Shown: positions 1-10,124 of the stretch, piece by piece
Layout of the letters: each line of letters begins with the position of its first letter
Numbering within the stretch: the first letter of the stretch is position 1
DNA from: Muribaculaceae bacterium
GTDB lineage: Bacteria; Bacteroidota; Bacteroidia; Bacteroidales; Muribaculaceae
Direction of reading: 5' to 3'
Assembly (NCBI GenBank): GCA_045531405.1
Contig: JAZSDX010000053.1
Coordinates: forward strand, 13,582 to 77,581
Length of the DNA stretch: 64,000 nt
Program-made: the position numbers and the translations under genes
Notes under the pieces: model-generated
Told to the model about the DNA's origin: nothing
The model's database searches: none
What the model saw: only the letters and a program-made list of their open reading frames with translations

Positions 1-112
1 AGACACCATTGGCACTTTCTTTCGATGCGCCTTCGTATTCTACTTCTTCGGTACAAGCTGAGAATGCAAACATGCAAACCAACGCACCTAATATAAGATT
101 AATTTTTTTCAT
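1..112 (-). CDS. N-terminus of a PUL-associated lipoprotein (partial; runs off the window start)
   Basis: The reverse-strand ATG at 110-112 gives MKKINLILGALVCMFAFSACTEEVEYEGASKESANGV. This is a signal peptide with a lipobox Cys. It lies 40 nt downstream of the SusD-like gene on the same strand. Confidence 0.5.
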   Translation of the reverse strand, partial: MKKINLILGALVCMFAFSACTEEVEYEGASKESANGV

Positions 113-152
113 AATTTTTCTCTTTTTACAATTTAAGTAATTTACTCAAATA

Positions 153-1799
153 TTATTGACCTACCCATGGAGTGTATTTACCACTTGGATCAGGATTTTC
201 ATATCCTACAAGAGCCGAGTTGTTATTCTCTTCAGTGATTACTATACAGATAGTCATCCAAGCCGGACGTCCTTGAGTAATGAAACGAGACTCATCTTGG
301 TGATTAGTGCCCGCATAACCACGAACAACCGACATATTAAGACGTTTGTAATCGAAGAACACATGACCTTCACCCCAAAGTTCTACACGTTTTTGGAACA
401 CAATCTCATCAACGATATCTTCTTGAGCAGTAGCACGACAAACATATTCAGGATCACGATATTGAGTCATGAAATCTACAAGAAGAGAAGCACCTTCACC
501 AAGACGAGCAGCTGCTTCAGCTTCGATGAAATACATTTCTTCAACACGCATCAAAGGATAAGCCGATACAGCACCTTCGTTTGGTGTTTTGTAAGCACCA
601 TTAGCAGGACGGAATTTCAATGAACCATAAACGGGAGTATTTTCAGCATAAGCCACAGTCAACCATTGAGATTTACCATCAAGAGCTGTTCCGGCAGGAG
701 CTTTCCACATAAGTTTACGGAAGTCGGTATCGCTCATACGATTATACATGCCTGCGTCAATCATATTGTAAGCACCGGCAGAAGCATAACCGAAGTCGGT
801 TTCGTTTGACATCCAAGAAGTCCAGTTGATGATACCTGTTTTCACACAATCATCCTCAGCTACAATTTGAGAACCCCACATCCAGCAAGAGAGTGTGTTG
901 AACCCGGCAGTAGTGCTAAGACAATCTTCTTTTGACATTGGAGCACCGGCAAGGTTAATAGCCAAACGCGCGTTTTCTTTAGCTTTAATCAAATATTCGG
1001 TAGCATTTTCGCCTGTACCATCACCTGCAAGCCACATATAAAGGCGAGCTTTAAGACCATATACACAAGCAAGGTTAGGAAGAGCTTTATTGCCATTAAA
1101 TGGAGAATTAGCGATGTATTGTTCAGCCTTATTCAAGTCTCCAAGAATAAACTCAGCCATTGCCGCACGATTAGCACGAGGGTTATTACGAGCAGCATCT
1201 TCTGTCATACCTTCACGCACGATGGGCACAGTAAGATTTGTTACATCTTTTCCTGAGCCATTAACACCTGAAGGGAAAATATCACTTGGCAAGAACTCAA
1301 ACATTTGAGCCATATCAAGATAATACATAGCACGGAAAGCAAGACCGTTACCAAGCATACCTAATTGATTGCCTGTTGCCGAACTTTCATCGATAGCAGC
1401 AATCAAGTTATTAGTAGTTTGGATACTTTTCCAATAGAAGTTCCAAATATATTGAGCACGACCTGTATTGCTACCTATATTTTCGTTAAGAGCCCAGTTA
1501 GCAAACCAGTCATAGCCCGAAGCTACAACGGCAAAGTCGGTAGTCATCACGTCGCGAATGTGCATCATCGCACCATATCCCCACTCATAGTGGTTTTCGG
1601 CGAGAGACAATGGAGTATTGAGATAAGCAGGCATCGCCCACACCAAAGATTCAGTTGCTTTAGACGATGCGCCAAGCTGATCTTCAGTTGCTCCGTTGGT
1701 AGGGAATGTTTCTTCGATACAACCGGTTGTCATCAATGATGAAGCAGCAATACCGAGCCCTACAAATAATGTTGATATTTTAGTTTTCATATTTTGCAT
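153..1799 (-). CDS. susD: RagB/SusD-family nutrient-binding outer-membrane lipoprotein
   Basis: 548 aa. Lipoprotein signal (LMTTGC). Typical length and TPR-like SusD sequence character. Sits immediately downstream of a SusC-like gene with a 21-nt gap. Confidence 0.9.
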   Translation of the reverse strand: MQNMKTKISTLFVGLGIAASSLMTTGCIEETFPTNGATEDQLGASSKATESLVWAMPAYLNTPLSLAENHYEWGYGAMMHIRDVMTTDFAVVASGYDWFANWALNENIGSNTGRAQYIWNFYWKSIQTTNNLIAAIDESSATGNQLGMLGNGLAFRAMYYLDMAQMFEFLPSDIFPSGVNGSGKDVTNLTVPIVREGMTEDAARNNPRANRAAMAEFILGDLNKAEQYIANSPFNGNKALPNLACVYGLKARLYMWLAGDGTGENATEYLIKAKENARLAINLAGAPMSKEDCLSTTAGFNTLSCWMWGSQIVAEDDCVKTGIINWTSWMSNETDFGYASAGAYNMIDAGMYNRMSDTDFRKLMWKAPAGTALDGKSQWLTVAYAENTPVYGSLKFRPANGAYKTPNEGAVSAYPLMRVEEMYFIEAEAAARLGEGASLLVDFMTQYRDPEYVCRATAQEDIVDEIVFQKRVELWGEGHVFFDYKRLNMSVVRGYAGTNHQDESRFITQGRPAWMTICIVITEENNNSALVGYENPDPSGKYTPWVGQ

Positions 1800-1820
1800 T
1801 TTATTTTAAACCTTTTAAGT

Positions 1821-4800
1821 TTAGAAAGTCAATGTTAATCCACCAGAAATAGTGCGAATAGGAGCATAGTAGCTACTTGTTGATCCACCTGAGATAGATT
1901 GGCGTGGGTCAAGACCTTGACGTTTTGACCATACCCAAATATTATCGGCAGATACATAAACGCGTACTTTTTCCATACCTGCTTTACGAGTCAAAGACAT
2001 TGGCAATGTATAACCAAGATTTATATTATTCAAGCTTAGGTAAGAAGCATCGGTCAAGAAACGATCAGATGTACCAGCTGAATATTGATCTCCAAATTGG
2101 AAACGAGGGATATTAGACCCTTTATTTGTTGATGACCAAGCATTCAACAAATCGGCGTGGAAGTTTCGACCTTTGTTTGATGCTGAAGGAGAACTCATGA
2201 ATGTAGCATAGTCACTATCATAAACCTGACCACCGATTTGATAACCGAAGTCAACCGATAAATCAAATCCTTTATAAGTAAATGAAGTACCAAAACCACC
2301 ATAAACATCAGGAAGTGCAGTTCCACATAAATGATATGTTGCATCGGCATATTCAGTGGTTGTTTCTGTTACACGATCTATTACTTGGTTGCCATGTTTA
2401 TCATACACCGGATTACCTTTGCTATCTACTCGTGGAGTTTCAGTAACTTTATACCATAGAGATTCACCGTTTTCATTAACACCTGCATATTGTTTCATAT
2501 ACAAAGTGTAAAGAGATAATCCCTCACCATAGAAATAGCTACCACTTGAATAACCTTCTACACCGTCAACCACCATTGTGCGACGTTCTTCGGGAAGTTC
2601 AGTGATTTTGTTTTTATAATGAGTGAGGTTCAAACGAAGAGTCCAAGAGAAATCGCGAGTCAAGATAGGAGTACCTTGAAGTTCGAGTTCCACACCTTGG
2701 TTACGCATATCACCAACGTTAGCATAGTAAGAAGTGTAACCAAATGAAGGTGGCAATGGGAACGAGAACAACATATCAGAAGTCTTACGATAGAAATATT
2801 CTACTGTACCACTGAAACGACCATTCCACATACCAAAGTCGATACCTGTGTTGAAGTTTCCTTGAGTTTCCCAAGTAATTTCTTCGTTACCCATCATTGA
2901 AGGAACCGCTGCAGGGTTACCGTTAGAGTTTACGATATCGAATGTATTAGTGTAAAGGTAGTTACCGATATTATCGTTACCTTGTTCACCATAAGATGCT
3001 TTAAGTTTCAAAAGATCTATCCATTCAGCAGTAAAGAATTTTTCTCTTGCAATATTCCAAGCAAGACCTGCTGACCAGAAATTACCCCAACGATGATCGG
3101 GATGGAAACGAGAAGAAGCATCACGACGATAAGAAGCTGAAGCGAAGTACTTGCCATCGTAGTCATATTGAGCACGACCAAAGTAACCTTCGGTGTTATA
3201 TTTTGTAGTATAAGAATTAGAACCATTTTCAGAGATACCACCTGCCAATTCTTGGTTGTTAGGATCTAAGAAGTTGGTTTTAGACGCATATAGATAGTAA
3301 TAATCACGCAAGTAGTATTCGTGACCAATCATTACGTCAACATTGTTTTTGCCAAATTGACGACCCCAAGTCAACAATTGTTGATGGTTTTGAGCAACCG
3401 AACGAGTATGATATTTATAAGACATACCGTTTGAAGAAGCATATTGACCATAGTATGGGTTAGTAAACGCGTTAGTGCGAGTTTCGTCAACTGTTACACC
3501 ACTGTTCCAAGTAAATTTGAAATCTTTAAGGAATTTGATTTCAGCAAAACCTTGAGCAGTGAAAGCATTACCTTCGTAGTTATCGGTATTGAGTTGATTT
3601 TCAGAATATGGGTTGGCTCCTGAGAGTAACATACGTTGATGACCAGCATTATCACCTGTACCAAAGTCATATACAGTAAAGCCATTATCATCTTTCATGA
3701 TGTTACCATGAGCATCACGCACATAAAGAGGATAAATTGGTGCCATTTGAGTCGCATAAGCAAAGATATTACCCGAAGAGTTTGACGCACCATCTTCACC
3801 AAGTGAATTAGCATCAAAGTGAGTGTATGACATATTAGCACCAACTTTCAACCAATTTTTAACTTGGTAATCAGCTTTCAATCGACCGGTAAAGCGTTGG
3901 TAGTCAGAGTTTGCGGTAATACCTTCATTATCAAGATAGCTCAAAGATGCATAGAATGAAGAACGATCGGTACCACCATTGATTGAGAGGTTGTATTCTT
4001 GACGAAGGCTTGTTTTATATGCTTCATCCAACCAATCATCAGGAGTTATGAAATATTGTTGACCTTCATATGTTGTCCAGCTACCAAGATAAGCATTTGG
4101 GTTTAGTTTACCATTTGTACCGATAAGGTATTGACCATCGGGCACAGTATAAACATTATAACCAAGACCATAAGAACCATTACCGGTCATTACGTTATTT
4201 ACTTGAGCATGAGCCGAAGCTTCGTCCATGCCAAGAGAATTAACGAAATAGCCTTTCAATGCGCCATAATACATTTCATAGTATTGACCTGGGTCATTAA
4301 TAGTGTTGTAATCTTGAGTTGCACGAGTGTTAGCACCCCATTTAGCATCAAGAGTTACTTTAGCATCACCTTGTTTCCCTTTTTTAGTTGTGATAACGAT
4401 AACACCGTTAGCACCACGAGCACCATAAAGAGCATTTGATGCAGCATCTTTCAACACTGTCATTGACTCGATGTCTTGATTTGAAATATTGTTCAAATCG
4501 CCATCATAAGGAGCACCATCGACGATATACAATGGAGCAGAGCCAGCATTGATTGAAGAAATACCACGAATGCGGATTGTTGGTGAGTTAGAACCGGGTT
4601 GACCTGAAGCATTGTTCAATTGCACACCCGAAACTTTACCATTCAAAGCATTAACAGCATTTGAAGTTTGCACCTTGTTGATGTCGTCAGCTTTTACTAC
4701 TGCAGCCGAACCTGTATAGGTTGATTTTTTAGCAGTACCGTAAGCCACAACCATCACTTCATCGAGGTTGTTTTCTGAGTTTGTCAACTCGATACGCATT

Positions 4801-5066
4801 TCACCTGTTGTGATTGTAACTTGCTTGGTAACCATACCAACGTAAGATACATTCAATTTTGTTACTTTAGCGGGTAGTTCGATAGAGAATTTACCATCGA
4901 GGTCGGTTGCTACACCATTACCACCGCCAACCGGAAGAATAGTAGCGCCAGGAAGTGGCTCTTGGTCTCCGGCATACACGACAACCCCTTTCACTGTGCG
5001 ATTCTGAGCCGAAACGCATAGGCTGATAGAAAGGACTGTCAAAAGTAATAGAAACAGCTTTTTCAT
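1821..5066 (-). CDS. susC: SusC/RagA-family TonB-dependent outer-membrane transporter
   Basis: 1081 aa. Signal peptide ending VSA|QN. N-terminal carboxypeptidase-regulatory-like domain (VKGVVVYAGDQEPLPGATI). SusC signature DEVMVVAYGTAKKSTYTGS. Plug plus a 22-strand barrel length, ending in F. Confidence 0.95.
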   Translation of the reverse strand: MKKLFLLLLTVLSISLCVSAQNRTVKGVVVYAGDQEPLPGATILPVGGGNGVATDLDGKFSIELPAKVTKLNVSYVGMVTKQVTITTGEMRIELTNSENNLDEVMVVAYGTAKKSTYTGSAAVVKADDINKVQTSNAVNALNGKVSGVQLNNASGQPGSNSPTIRIRGISSINAGSAPLYIVDGAPYDGDLNNISNQDIESMTVLKDAASNALYGARGANGVIVITTKKGKQGDAKVTLDAKWGANTRATQDYNTINDPGQYYEMYYGALKGYFVNSLGMDEASAHAQVNNVMTGNGSYGLGYNVYTVPDGQYLIGTNGKLNPNAYLGSWTTYEGQQYFITPDDWLDEAYKTSLRQEYNLSINGGTDRSSFYASLSYLDNEGITANSDYQRFTGRLKADYQVKNWLKVGANMSYTHFDANSLGEDGASNSSGNIFAYATQMAPIYPLYVRDAHGNIMKDDNGFTVYDFGTGDNAGHQRMLLSGANPYSENQLNTDNYEGNAFTAQGFAEIKFLKDFKFTWNSGVTVDETRTNAFTNPYYGQYASSNGMSYKYHTRSVAQNHQQLLTWGRQFGKNNVDVMIGHEYYLRDYYYLYASKTNFLDPNNQELAGGISENGSNSYTTKYNTEGYFGRAQYDYDGKYFASASYRRDASSRFHPDHRWGNFWSAGLAWNIAREKFFTAEWIDLLKLKASYGEQGNDNIGNYLYTNTFDIVNSNGNPAAVPSMMGNEEITWETQGNFNTGIDFGMWNGRFSGTVEYFYRKTSDMLFSFPLPPSFGYTSYYANVGDMRNQGVELELQGTPILTRDFSWTLRLNLTHYKNKITELPEERRTMVVDGVEGYSSGSYFYGEGLSLYTLYMKQYAGVNENGESLWYKVTETPRVDSKGNPVYDKHGNQVIDRVTETTTEYADATYHLCGTALPDVYGGFGTSFTYKGFDLSVDFGYQIGGQVYDSDYATFMSSPSASNKGRNFHADLLNAWSSTNKGSNIPRFQFGDQYSAGTSDRFLTDASYLSLNNINLGYTLPMSLTRKAGMEKVRVYVSADNIWVWSKRQGLDPRQSISGGSTSSYYAPIRTISGGLTLTF

Positions 5067-5167
5067 AAATTAATAATTAATTAAACATAAAATAATTTGT
5101 TATTTTCATTTTTTATTTCTCTCATTCTTCATTAGGTACATCACGTCATAATACACCTAATAAGATG

Positions 5168-5175
5168 CAAAGATA
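5168..5175 (-). promoter_or_regulatory. Candidate Bacteroides-type -7 box (TATCTTTG) for susC/susD
   Basis: The reverse complement of caaagata matches TAnnTTTG, about 100 nt upstream of the susC start. No -33 TTTG was verified. Confidence 0.3.
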
Positions 5176-5450
5176 AATAAAAATATCTAATCATAAACAA
5201 ATGTTGGCAGATTTTCTTCGATTTTAACATTTAACATTTTGGAGATTTTACCTCATTTTTATCACAAAATGGCTTTCTTTGCAAAAAATAGCGACATAAA
5301 AGTCACTAAAAAACAAAAAATCGTTATCAGTTTGATTTTATCGACAACATTTGCCTCGATTTTAATAATGTTAAAAACATATCAATTCATTATTCTAACA
5401 ATTCATTTCCTATTATTGGTGTCCGATAAAACATTTTCAAGGACAAATGC

Positions 5451-5487
5451 GTGCGAAGCACGGGAAATGCTTTCATGTGCTTCGCAC
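5451..5487. repeat. Perfect 11-bp inverted repeat (GTGCGAAGCAC N15 GTGCTTCGCAC)
   Basis: Read directly from the sequence. It lies in the 890-bp susC/ilvD divergent intergenic region. No flanking T-run on either strand. Confidence 0.6.
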
Positions 5488-5698
5488 TACTTCAATGATT
5501 CAATCATATATAGGGGGCTTGTAATTTACAACAAGAACTCTCAACCGCATAAATTCAGCAACTGAACCCTCTTTTTGATGCTCTATCGACGCTTACCGGA
5601 CAGCAATAATTTCCTATACCACCAATTCCGAAACAATTATTTGAAATCTTCTAAAAATCACTTTTTGATGCCGTTATACTTATTTTATTCTATTTTTA

Positions 5699-5730
5699 TT
5701 TGCATTTTGTTATTAAAAAGCATAATTTTG
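5699..5730 (+). promoter_or_regulatory. Candidate ilv operon promoter (-33 TTTG at 5699-5702, -7 TAATTTTG at 5723-5730)
   Basis: Matches the Bacteroides sigma-A consensus TTTG N19-21 TAnnTTTG. Sits about 55 nt upstream of the leader ORF. Confidence 0.45.
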
Positions 5731-5786
5731 CAACCAATTCAATAAAATGTTAGATGAATCGTCAATATTTACAATCAAGTTTTAAT

Positions 5787-5831
5787 ATGACTCACCTGCA
5801 TCATGTGGTTGCAGTCGTCAACGTCCTATAA
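5787..5831 (+). CDS. Candidate ilv leader peptide MTHLHHVVAVVNVL
   Basis: 14-codon ORF (ATG at 5787, TAA at 5829-5831). It has 5 Val and 2 Leu in 14 residues. It lies between a promoter-like element and ilvD. Confidence 0.45.
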   Translation: MTHLHHVVAVVNVL

Positions 5832-5834
5832 TTA

Positions 5835-5949
5835 TGGGAGGGAAATTTGATTGTATATATTACACATTAAATATATATAATAACATATAACACAATGCCT
5901 CCCCACCATGCAACACGCAAAAGGGAGGCTTTGCAGTTAAAAACGGAGG
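5835..5949 (+). promoter_or_regulatory. Candidate attenuator with mutually exclusive pairings
   Basis: One C-rich segment, GCCTCCCC (5897-5904), can pair with GGGAGGG (5836-5842). Alternatively it pairs with GGGAGGC (5923-5929, followed by TTT), or with GGAGG (5945-5949, 10 nt before the ilvD ATG). Confidence 0.4.
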
Positions 5950-5958
5950 AAAAAAATT

Positions 5959-7788
5959 ATGAGTAAACCACTCAGAAGTGCAGCCAGCACACAAGGAAGA
6001 AGAATGGCAGGGGCTCGCGCTCTATGGCGTGCCAATGGTATGAAGGAGGAACAAATAGGCAAACCTATCATTGCCGTCGTCAATTCATTCACTCAATTTG
6101 TGCCCGGGCACACTCATCTCCACGAAATAGGTCAAATAGTAAAAGCCGAAATAGAAAAGCAAGGTTGCTTTGCTGCCGAGTTTAACACAATAGCCATCGA
6201 CGATGGTATCGCAATGGGTCATGACGGGATGTTATATTCACTCCCCTCTCGCGACCTTATCGCCGACTCGGTAGAATATATGGTAAATGCGCATAAAGCC
6301 GACGCTATGGTGTGTATATCTAACTGCGACAAAGTTACTCCCGGTATGCTCATGGCTGCCATGCGATTAAACATCCCTGCAATCTTCGTATCGGGAGGTC
6401 CTATGGAAGCCGGACGCCTTGGCGATCGCCCTCTTGACCTCATTGACATCATGATTGATGCCGCCGACGAAAGTGTTGATGACGACACTGTTACAAAACT
6501 TGAGCAACGAGGTTGCCCCACATGTGGCTCATGCTCCGGAATGTTTACTGCCAACTCGATGAACTCGCTCAACGAAGCTATCGGTTTGGCTCTTCCCGGC
6601 AATGGAACAATCGTTGCCACTCATGCCAATCGCACCGAGTTATTCAAGAAAGCAGCACAACAAATCGTAAAAAACACTTTTGCATACTACTACGATGACG
6701 ACGAAAGCGTGTTGCCTCGTAATATCGCAACTCGCCAAGCGATGCTCAATGCTATGGCTCTCGACATTGCCATGGGAGGTTCTACAAATACAGTGCTTCA
6801 CCTTCTTGCGATTGCTAATGAAGCTGAAGCCCAATTTAACATGGACGATATTGACGCTCTTTCACGCAAGACTCCTGTATTATGTAAAGTTGCGCCAAAC
6901 TCAAAATATCACATTCAAGATGTAAACCGTGCAGGTGGTATCATCTCTATCATGAAAGTTCTTGCCGAAGAAGGTATTATTGACACAACCGTAAAACGCG
7001 TTGACGGTCTTACTCTTGGCGATGCTATTGAAAAATATGCTATCGGTGGCAAAAATTTCGATGCCGAAGCCGAAGCTATGTGGAAAAGCGCACCGGGCGA
7101 GAAGAAAAACATCGTACTCGGTTCGCAAAATTGCACCTACGACACCCTTGACACCGACCGTGAAAAAGGTTGTATTCGCGACTTTGAACACGCATACGTA
7201 AAAGATGGCGGGTTGGCAGTGCTACGTGGCAACATCGCTCTTGATGGTTGTGTTGTAAAAACTGCCGGTGTGGATGAAAGCATTTTCCACTTCTGTGGCC
7301 CTGCAAAAGTATTCGAATCACAAGAAGATGCTGTTGAAAGCATCCTTCGCGACAAAGTTGTAGCCGGTGACGTGGTAGTTATCACTCACGAAGGTCCTAA
7401 AGGTGGTCCGGGCATGCAAGAAATGCTCTACCCCACAAGCTATATCAAGAGTAAACACTTGGGCAAAGAGTGTGCGCTCATTACCGACGGACGCTTCTCG
7501 GGTGGTACATCTGGACTTTCAATCGGGCACATTTCACCCGAAGCTGCAGCCGGGGGCAATATCGGTCTTGTTCGTGATGGTGACATTATTGATATCAACA
7601 TTCCACAACGCACTATCAGCGTGGAAATCAGCGATGAAGAACTTGCCAACCGTCGCAAAGAGGAAGAAGCACGAGGCAAAGATGCATTCACACCACGCAA
7701 TCGCAATCGTGTGATTTCAAAAGCTTTGCGCGCTTATGCGTCAATGGTAACATCGGCCGACAAAGGAGGCGTGAGAGGAGAGATATAA
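5959..7788 (+). CDS. ilvD: Dihydroxy-acid dehydratase
   Basis: 609 aa. IlvD/Edd family hallmarks ([42 protein letters not shown]). Confidence 0.97.
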   Translation: MSKPLRSAASTQGRRMAGARALWRANGMKEEQIGKPIIAVVNSFTQFVPGHTHLHEIGQIVKAEIEKQGCFAAEFNTIAIDDGIAMGHDGMLYSLPSRDLIADSVEYMVNAHKADAMVCISNCDKVTPGMLMAAMRLNIPAIFVSGGPMEAGRLGDRPLDLIDIMIDAADESVDDDTVTKLEQRGCPTCGSCSGMFTANSMNSLNEAIGLALPGNGTIVATHANRTELFKKAAQQIVKNTFAYYYDDDESVLPRNIATRQAMLNAMALDIAMGGSTNTVLHLLAIANEAEAQFNMDDIDALSRKTPVLCKVAPNSKYHIQDVNRAGGIISIMKVLAEEGIIDTTVKRVDGLTLGDAIEKYAIGGKNFDAEAEAMWKSAPGEKKNIVLGSQNCTYDTLDTDREKGCIRDFEHAYVKDGGLAVLRGNIALDGCVVKTAGVDESIFHFCGPAKVFESQEDAVESILRDKVVAGDVVVITHEGPKGGPGMQEMLYPTSYIKSKHLGKECALITDGRFSGGTSGLSIGHISPEAAAGGNIGLVRDGDIIDINIPQRTISVEISDEELANRRKEEEARGKDAFTPRNRNRVISKALRAYASMVTSADKGGVRGEI

Positions 7789-7840
7789 TGTATAATGCAC
7801 AATGCATAATTCATAATTAGAAAATTTCAATTTACAATAT

Positions 7841-9556
7841 ATGGCTGAAAAAATAACAGGAGCCGAGGCTTTAATAAAGTCATTGATTGCCGAAGGAGTT
7901 GACCGTGTGTTTGGTTATCCCGGTGGCGCAATCATTCCGGTATATGACAAATTATATGATTATACCGACCAATTAAAACATATTCTCGTTCGCCATGAAC
8001 AAGGTGCAACCCATGCTGCACAAGGTTATGCTCGCGTAACCGGTCGTCCCGGCGTGGTTATCGTGACATCAGGTCCTGCCGCAACAAATGTAATTACCGG
8101 TTTGAGCGACGCTTTAATGGATAGCACTCCTTTGGTGGTGATTACCGGTCAAGTAGCATCATCGTTCCTTGGTAGCGATGCCTTCCAAGAAACCGACGTG
8201 GTAGGTATCACTCAACCTATTACAAAGTGGGCAGTACAAATTCGCCGTGCCGAAGATATTCCCGCAGCAGTGGCTCGAGCCTTCTATATTGCAAACTCAG
8301 GACGCCCCGGTCCGGTAGTGCTTGATATTGCGAAAGATGCTCAAAATGGGCTTGTTGAATGGAATCACAAGAAATGCGACTATATTCGTAGCTATATCCC
8401 CTACCCCAAAATCAACGACAACGATCTCAAAAAAGTAGCCGACATTATTAATTCGGCAAAACGTCCAATGCTTATTTCGGGACATGGTGTGATGATTTCG
8501 GGCGCAGAAAAAGAGCTTGCGGCTGTTGCCGAAAAAGCAAATATCCCTGTTGCTGCAACGCTTCTCGGTCTTTCAACCATGCCAAGTAATCACCCTCTAT
8601 ATAAAGGTATGCTTGGTATGCATGGAAATATCGGTCCGAATGTCAACACAAATCGTTGCGATGTGTTGATAGCTATCGGTATGCGTTTCGACGACCGTGT
8701 AACGGGCGATACTTCAAAATATGCAAAGCAAGCAAAAATCATCCATATCGACATCGACTCATCGGAATTTGACAAAAACATCAAAACCGATGCCACTATT
8801 CATGGCGATGCTCGTGAAGCGCTTGAAAAACTTCTACCTCTTATCAACCCTGCCGACCACAGCGAATGGCTCAAAACATTTGATGTATGCGACAAAGTCG
8901 AGCAAGAAAAAGTTGTGAAACGTGAAGTATATCGCACCGAAGGCACGATGACAATGGGCGAAGTGGCATATAAAGTATCCAAAGCCACCGGCGACAAAGC
9001 TGTATTGGTTACCGATGTGGGACAAAATCAAATGTTCTCATCACGTTATTTCCGCTACACCGATCCCAAAAGCATTCTCACATCAGGAGGTCTTGGCACA
9101 ATGGGATTTGGGCTACCCGCTTCTATCGGAGCTAAAATGGGTGCACCCGAACGCACAGTGTGCTTCTTCACCGGTGATGGCGGATTACAAATGACGATAC
9201 AAGAACTCGGTACGATTATGGAGTATGGTACCGATGTAAAAATCATACTTCTCAACAATAATTTCCTTGGCAATGTGCGTCAATGGCAAGAATTATTCTT
9301 CCAATGCCGTTTCTCTCAAACACCAATGATTAACCCCGATTTTGTGGCAATAGCAAAAGCTTATGGCATCGCTGCCGAAAACGTAGAAACTCGTGAACAA
9401 CTCGACGATGCTATCGCTCGTATGCTCAACCACAAAGGTGCTTATATGCTCAATGTAAATATTGACCATACCGATATGATTTTCCCAATGACACCTCCCG
9501 GAGCAGGCGTTGACACAATCATGCTTAATGCCACTGAGATGTATCAAATCGACTAA
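7841..9556 (+). CDS. ilvB: Acetolactate synthase (acetohydroxyacid synthase), large catalytic subunit
   Basis: 571 aa. ThDP-enzyme motifs (GYPGGAIIPVYD, GGLGTMGFGLPASIGAK, GDGGLQMTIQEL). Confidence 0.95.
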   Translation: MAEKITGAEALIKSLIAEGVDRVFGYPGGAIIPVYDKLYDYTDQLKHILVRHEQGATHAAQGYARVTGRPGVVIVTSGPAATNVITGLSDALMDSTPLVVITGQVASSFLGSDAFQETDVVGITQPITKWAVQIRRAEDIPAAVARAFYIANSGRPGPVVLDIAKDAQNGLVEWNHKKCDYIRSYIPYPKINDNDLKKVADIINSAKRPMLISGHGVMISGAEKELAAVAEKANIPVAATLLGLSTMPSNHPLYKGMLGMHGNIGPNVNTNRCDVLIAIGMRFDDRVTGDTSKYAKQAKIIHIDIDSSEFDKNIKTDATIHGDAREALEKLLPLINPADHSEWLKTFDVCDKVEQEKVVKREVYRTEGTMTMGEVAYKVSKATGDKAVLVTDVGQNQMFSSRYFRYTDPKSILTSGGLGTMGFGLPASIGAKMGAPERTVCFFTGDGGLQMTIQELGTIMEYGTDVKIILLNNNFLGNVRQWQELFFQCRFSQTPMINPDFVAIAKAYGIAAENVETREQLDDAIARMLNHKGAYMLNVNIDHTDMIFPMTPPGAGVDTIMLNATEMYQID

Positions 9557-9569
9557 AACATTGTAAACA

Positions 9570-10118
9570 ATGGAAAAACAATTATTTACCGTAACCGTAT
9601 TTTCTGAAAACCAGGTTGGTTTGCTCAACCAAATTTCAATTATATACACTCGCCGTTGCCTCAACATCGAGAGCCTATCAGTGAGTCCATCTTCAATCGA
9701 AGGGATACACAAATTCACTATTACCACATGGAGCGACCGTGTGACAATGGAAAAGGTAGTAAAGCAAATCGAAAAACGTATCGACGTATTGAAATCATTC
9801 CTATACACCGATGACGAAATTGTATATCAAGAAATTGCACTCTATAAAGTTCCCACAGAGCAACTCCTCAACGAGAAAAATTTAGAAGGAATCATTCGTC
9901 GTCACAATGCTCGCATTCTTGAAATCACAAAGGAATATACTGTGATTGAAAAATCGGGGCATAGCGACGAGACAGAGGCTTTGTTTGAGGAATTGAAGCA
10001 TTACGACATACGCCAATTTGTGCGCAGTGGTCGTGTAGCAGTCACAAAGTCAACCGAAGAATATGTAACAATGTTCCTTGAAGAGCAAGCACGTCACCGT
10101 GCCGAAGGGCTAATCTAA
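9570..10118 (+). CDS. ilvN: Acetolactate synthase small (regulatory) subunit
   Basis: 182 aa. ACT-domain start (FTVTVFSENQVGLLNQISIIYTRRCLNIESLSV). Lies directly after ilvB. Confidence 0.9.
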   Translation: MEKQLFTVTVFSENQVGLLNQISIIYTRRCLNIESLSVSPSSIEGIHKFTITTWSDRVTMEKVVKQIEKRIDVLKSFLYTDDEIVYQEIALYKVPTEQLLNEKNLEGIIRRHNARILEITKEYTVIEKSGHSDETEALFEELKHYDIRQFVRSGRVAVTKSTEEYVTMFLEEQARHRAEGLI

Positions 10119-10124
10119 ATACAA

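Noticed and set aside
156-5066. Many short ORFs antisense to or out of frame with susD and susC (for example 156-623, 1090-1308, 1365-1739, 3017-3241, 4131-4439).
   Set aside because: They lie entirely inside long, motif-rich CDSs on the opposite strand or in another frame. Their composition is low-complexity and they have no signals, which is typical of shadow ORFs. The same reasoning applies to the embedded ORFs inside ilvD, ilvB, btuB, the T9SS genes, tamB, lptD and the CPS genes.
5239-5565. 108-aa ORF in the susC/ilvD intergenic region.
   Set aside because: The translation is AT-rich and low-complexity with no recognisable domain. It overlaps the likely susC promoter region and the 11-bp palindrome. 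It is more likely non-coding.
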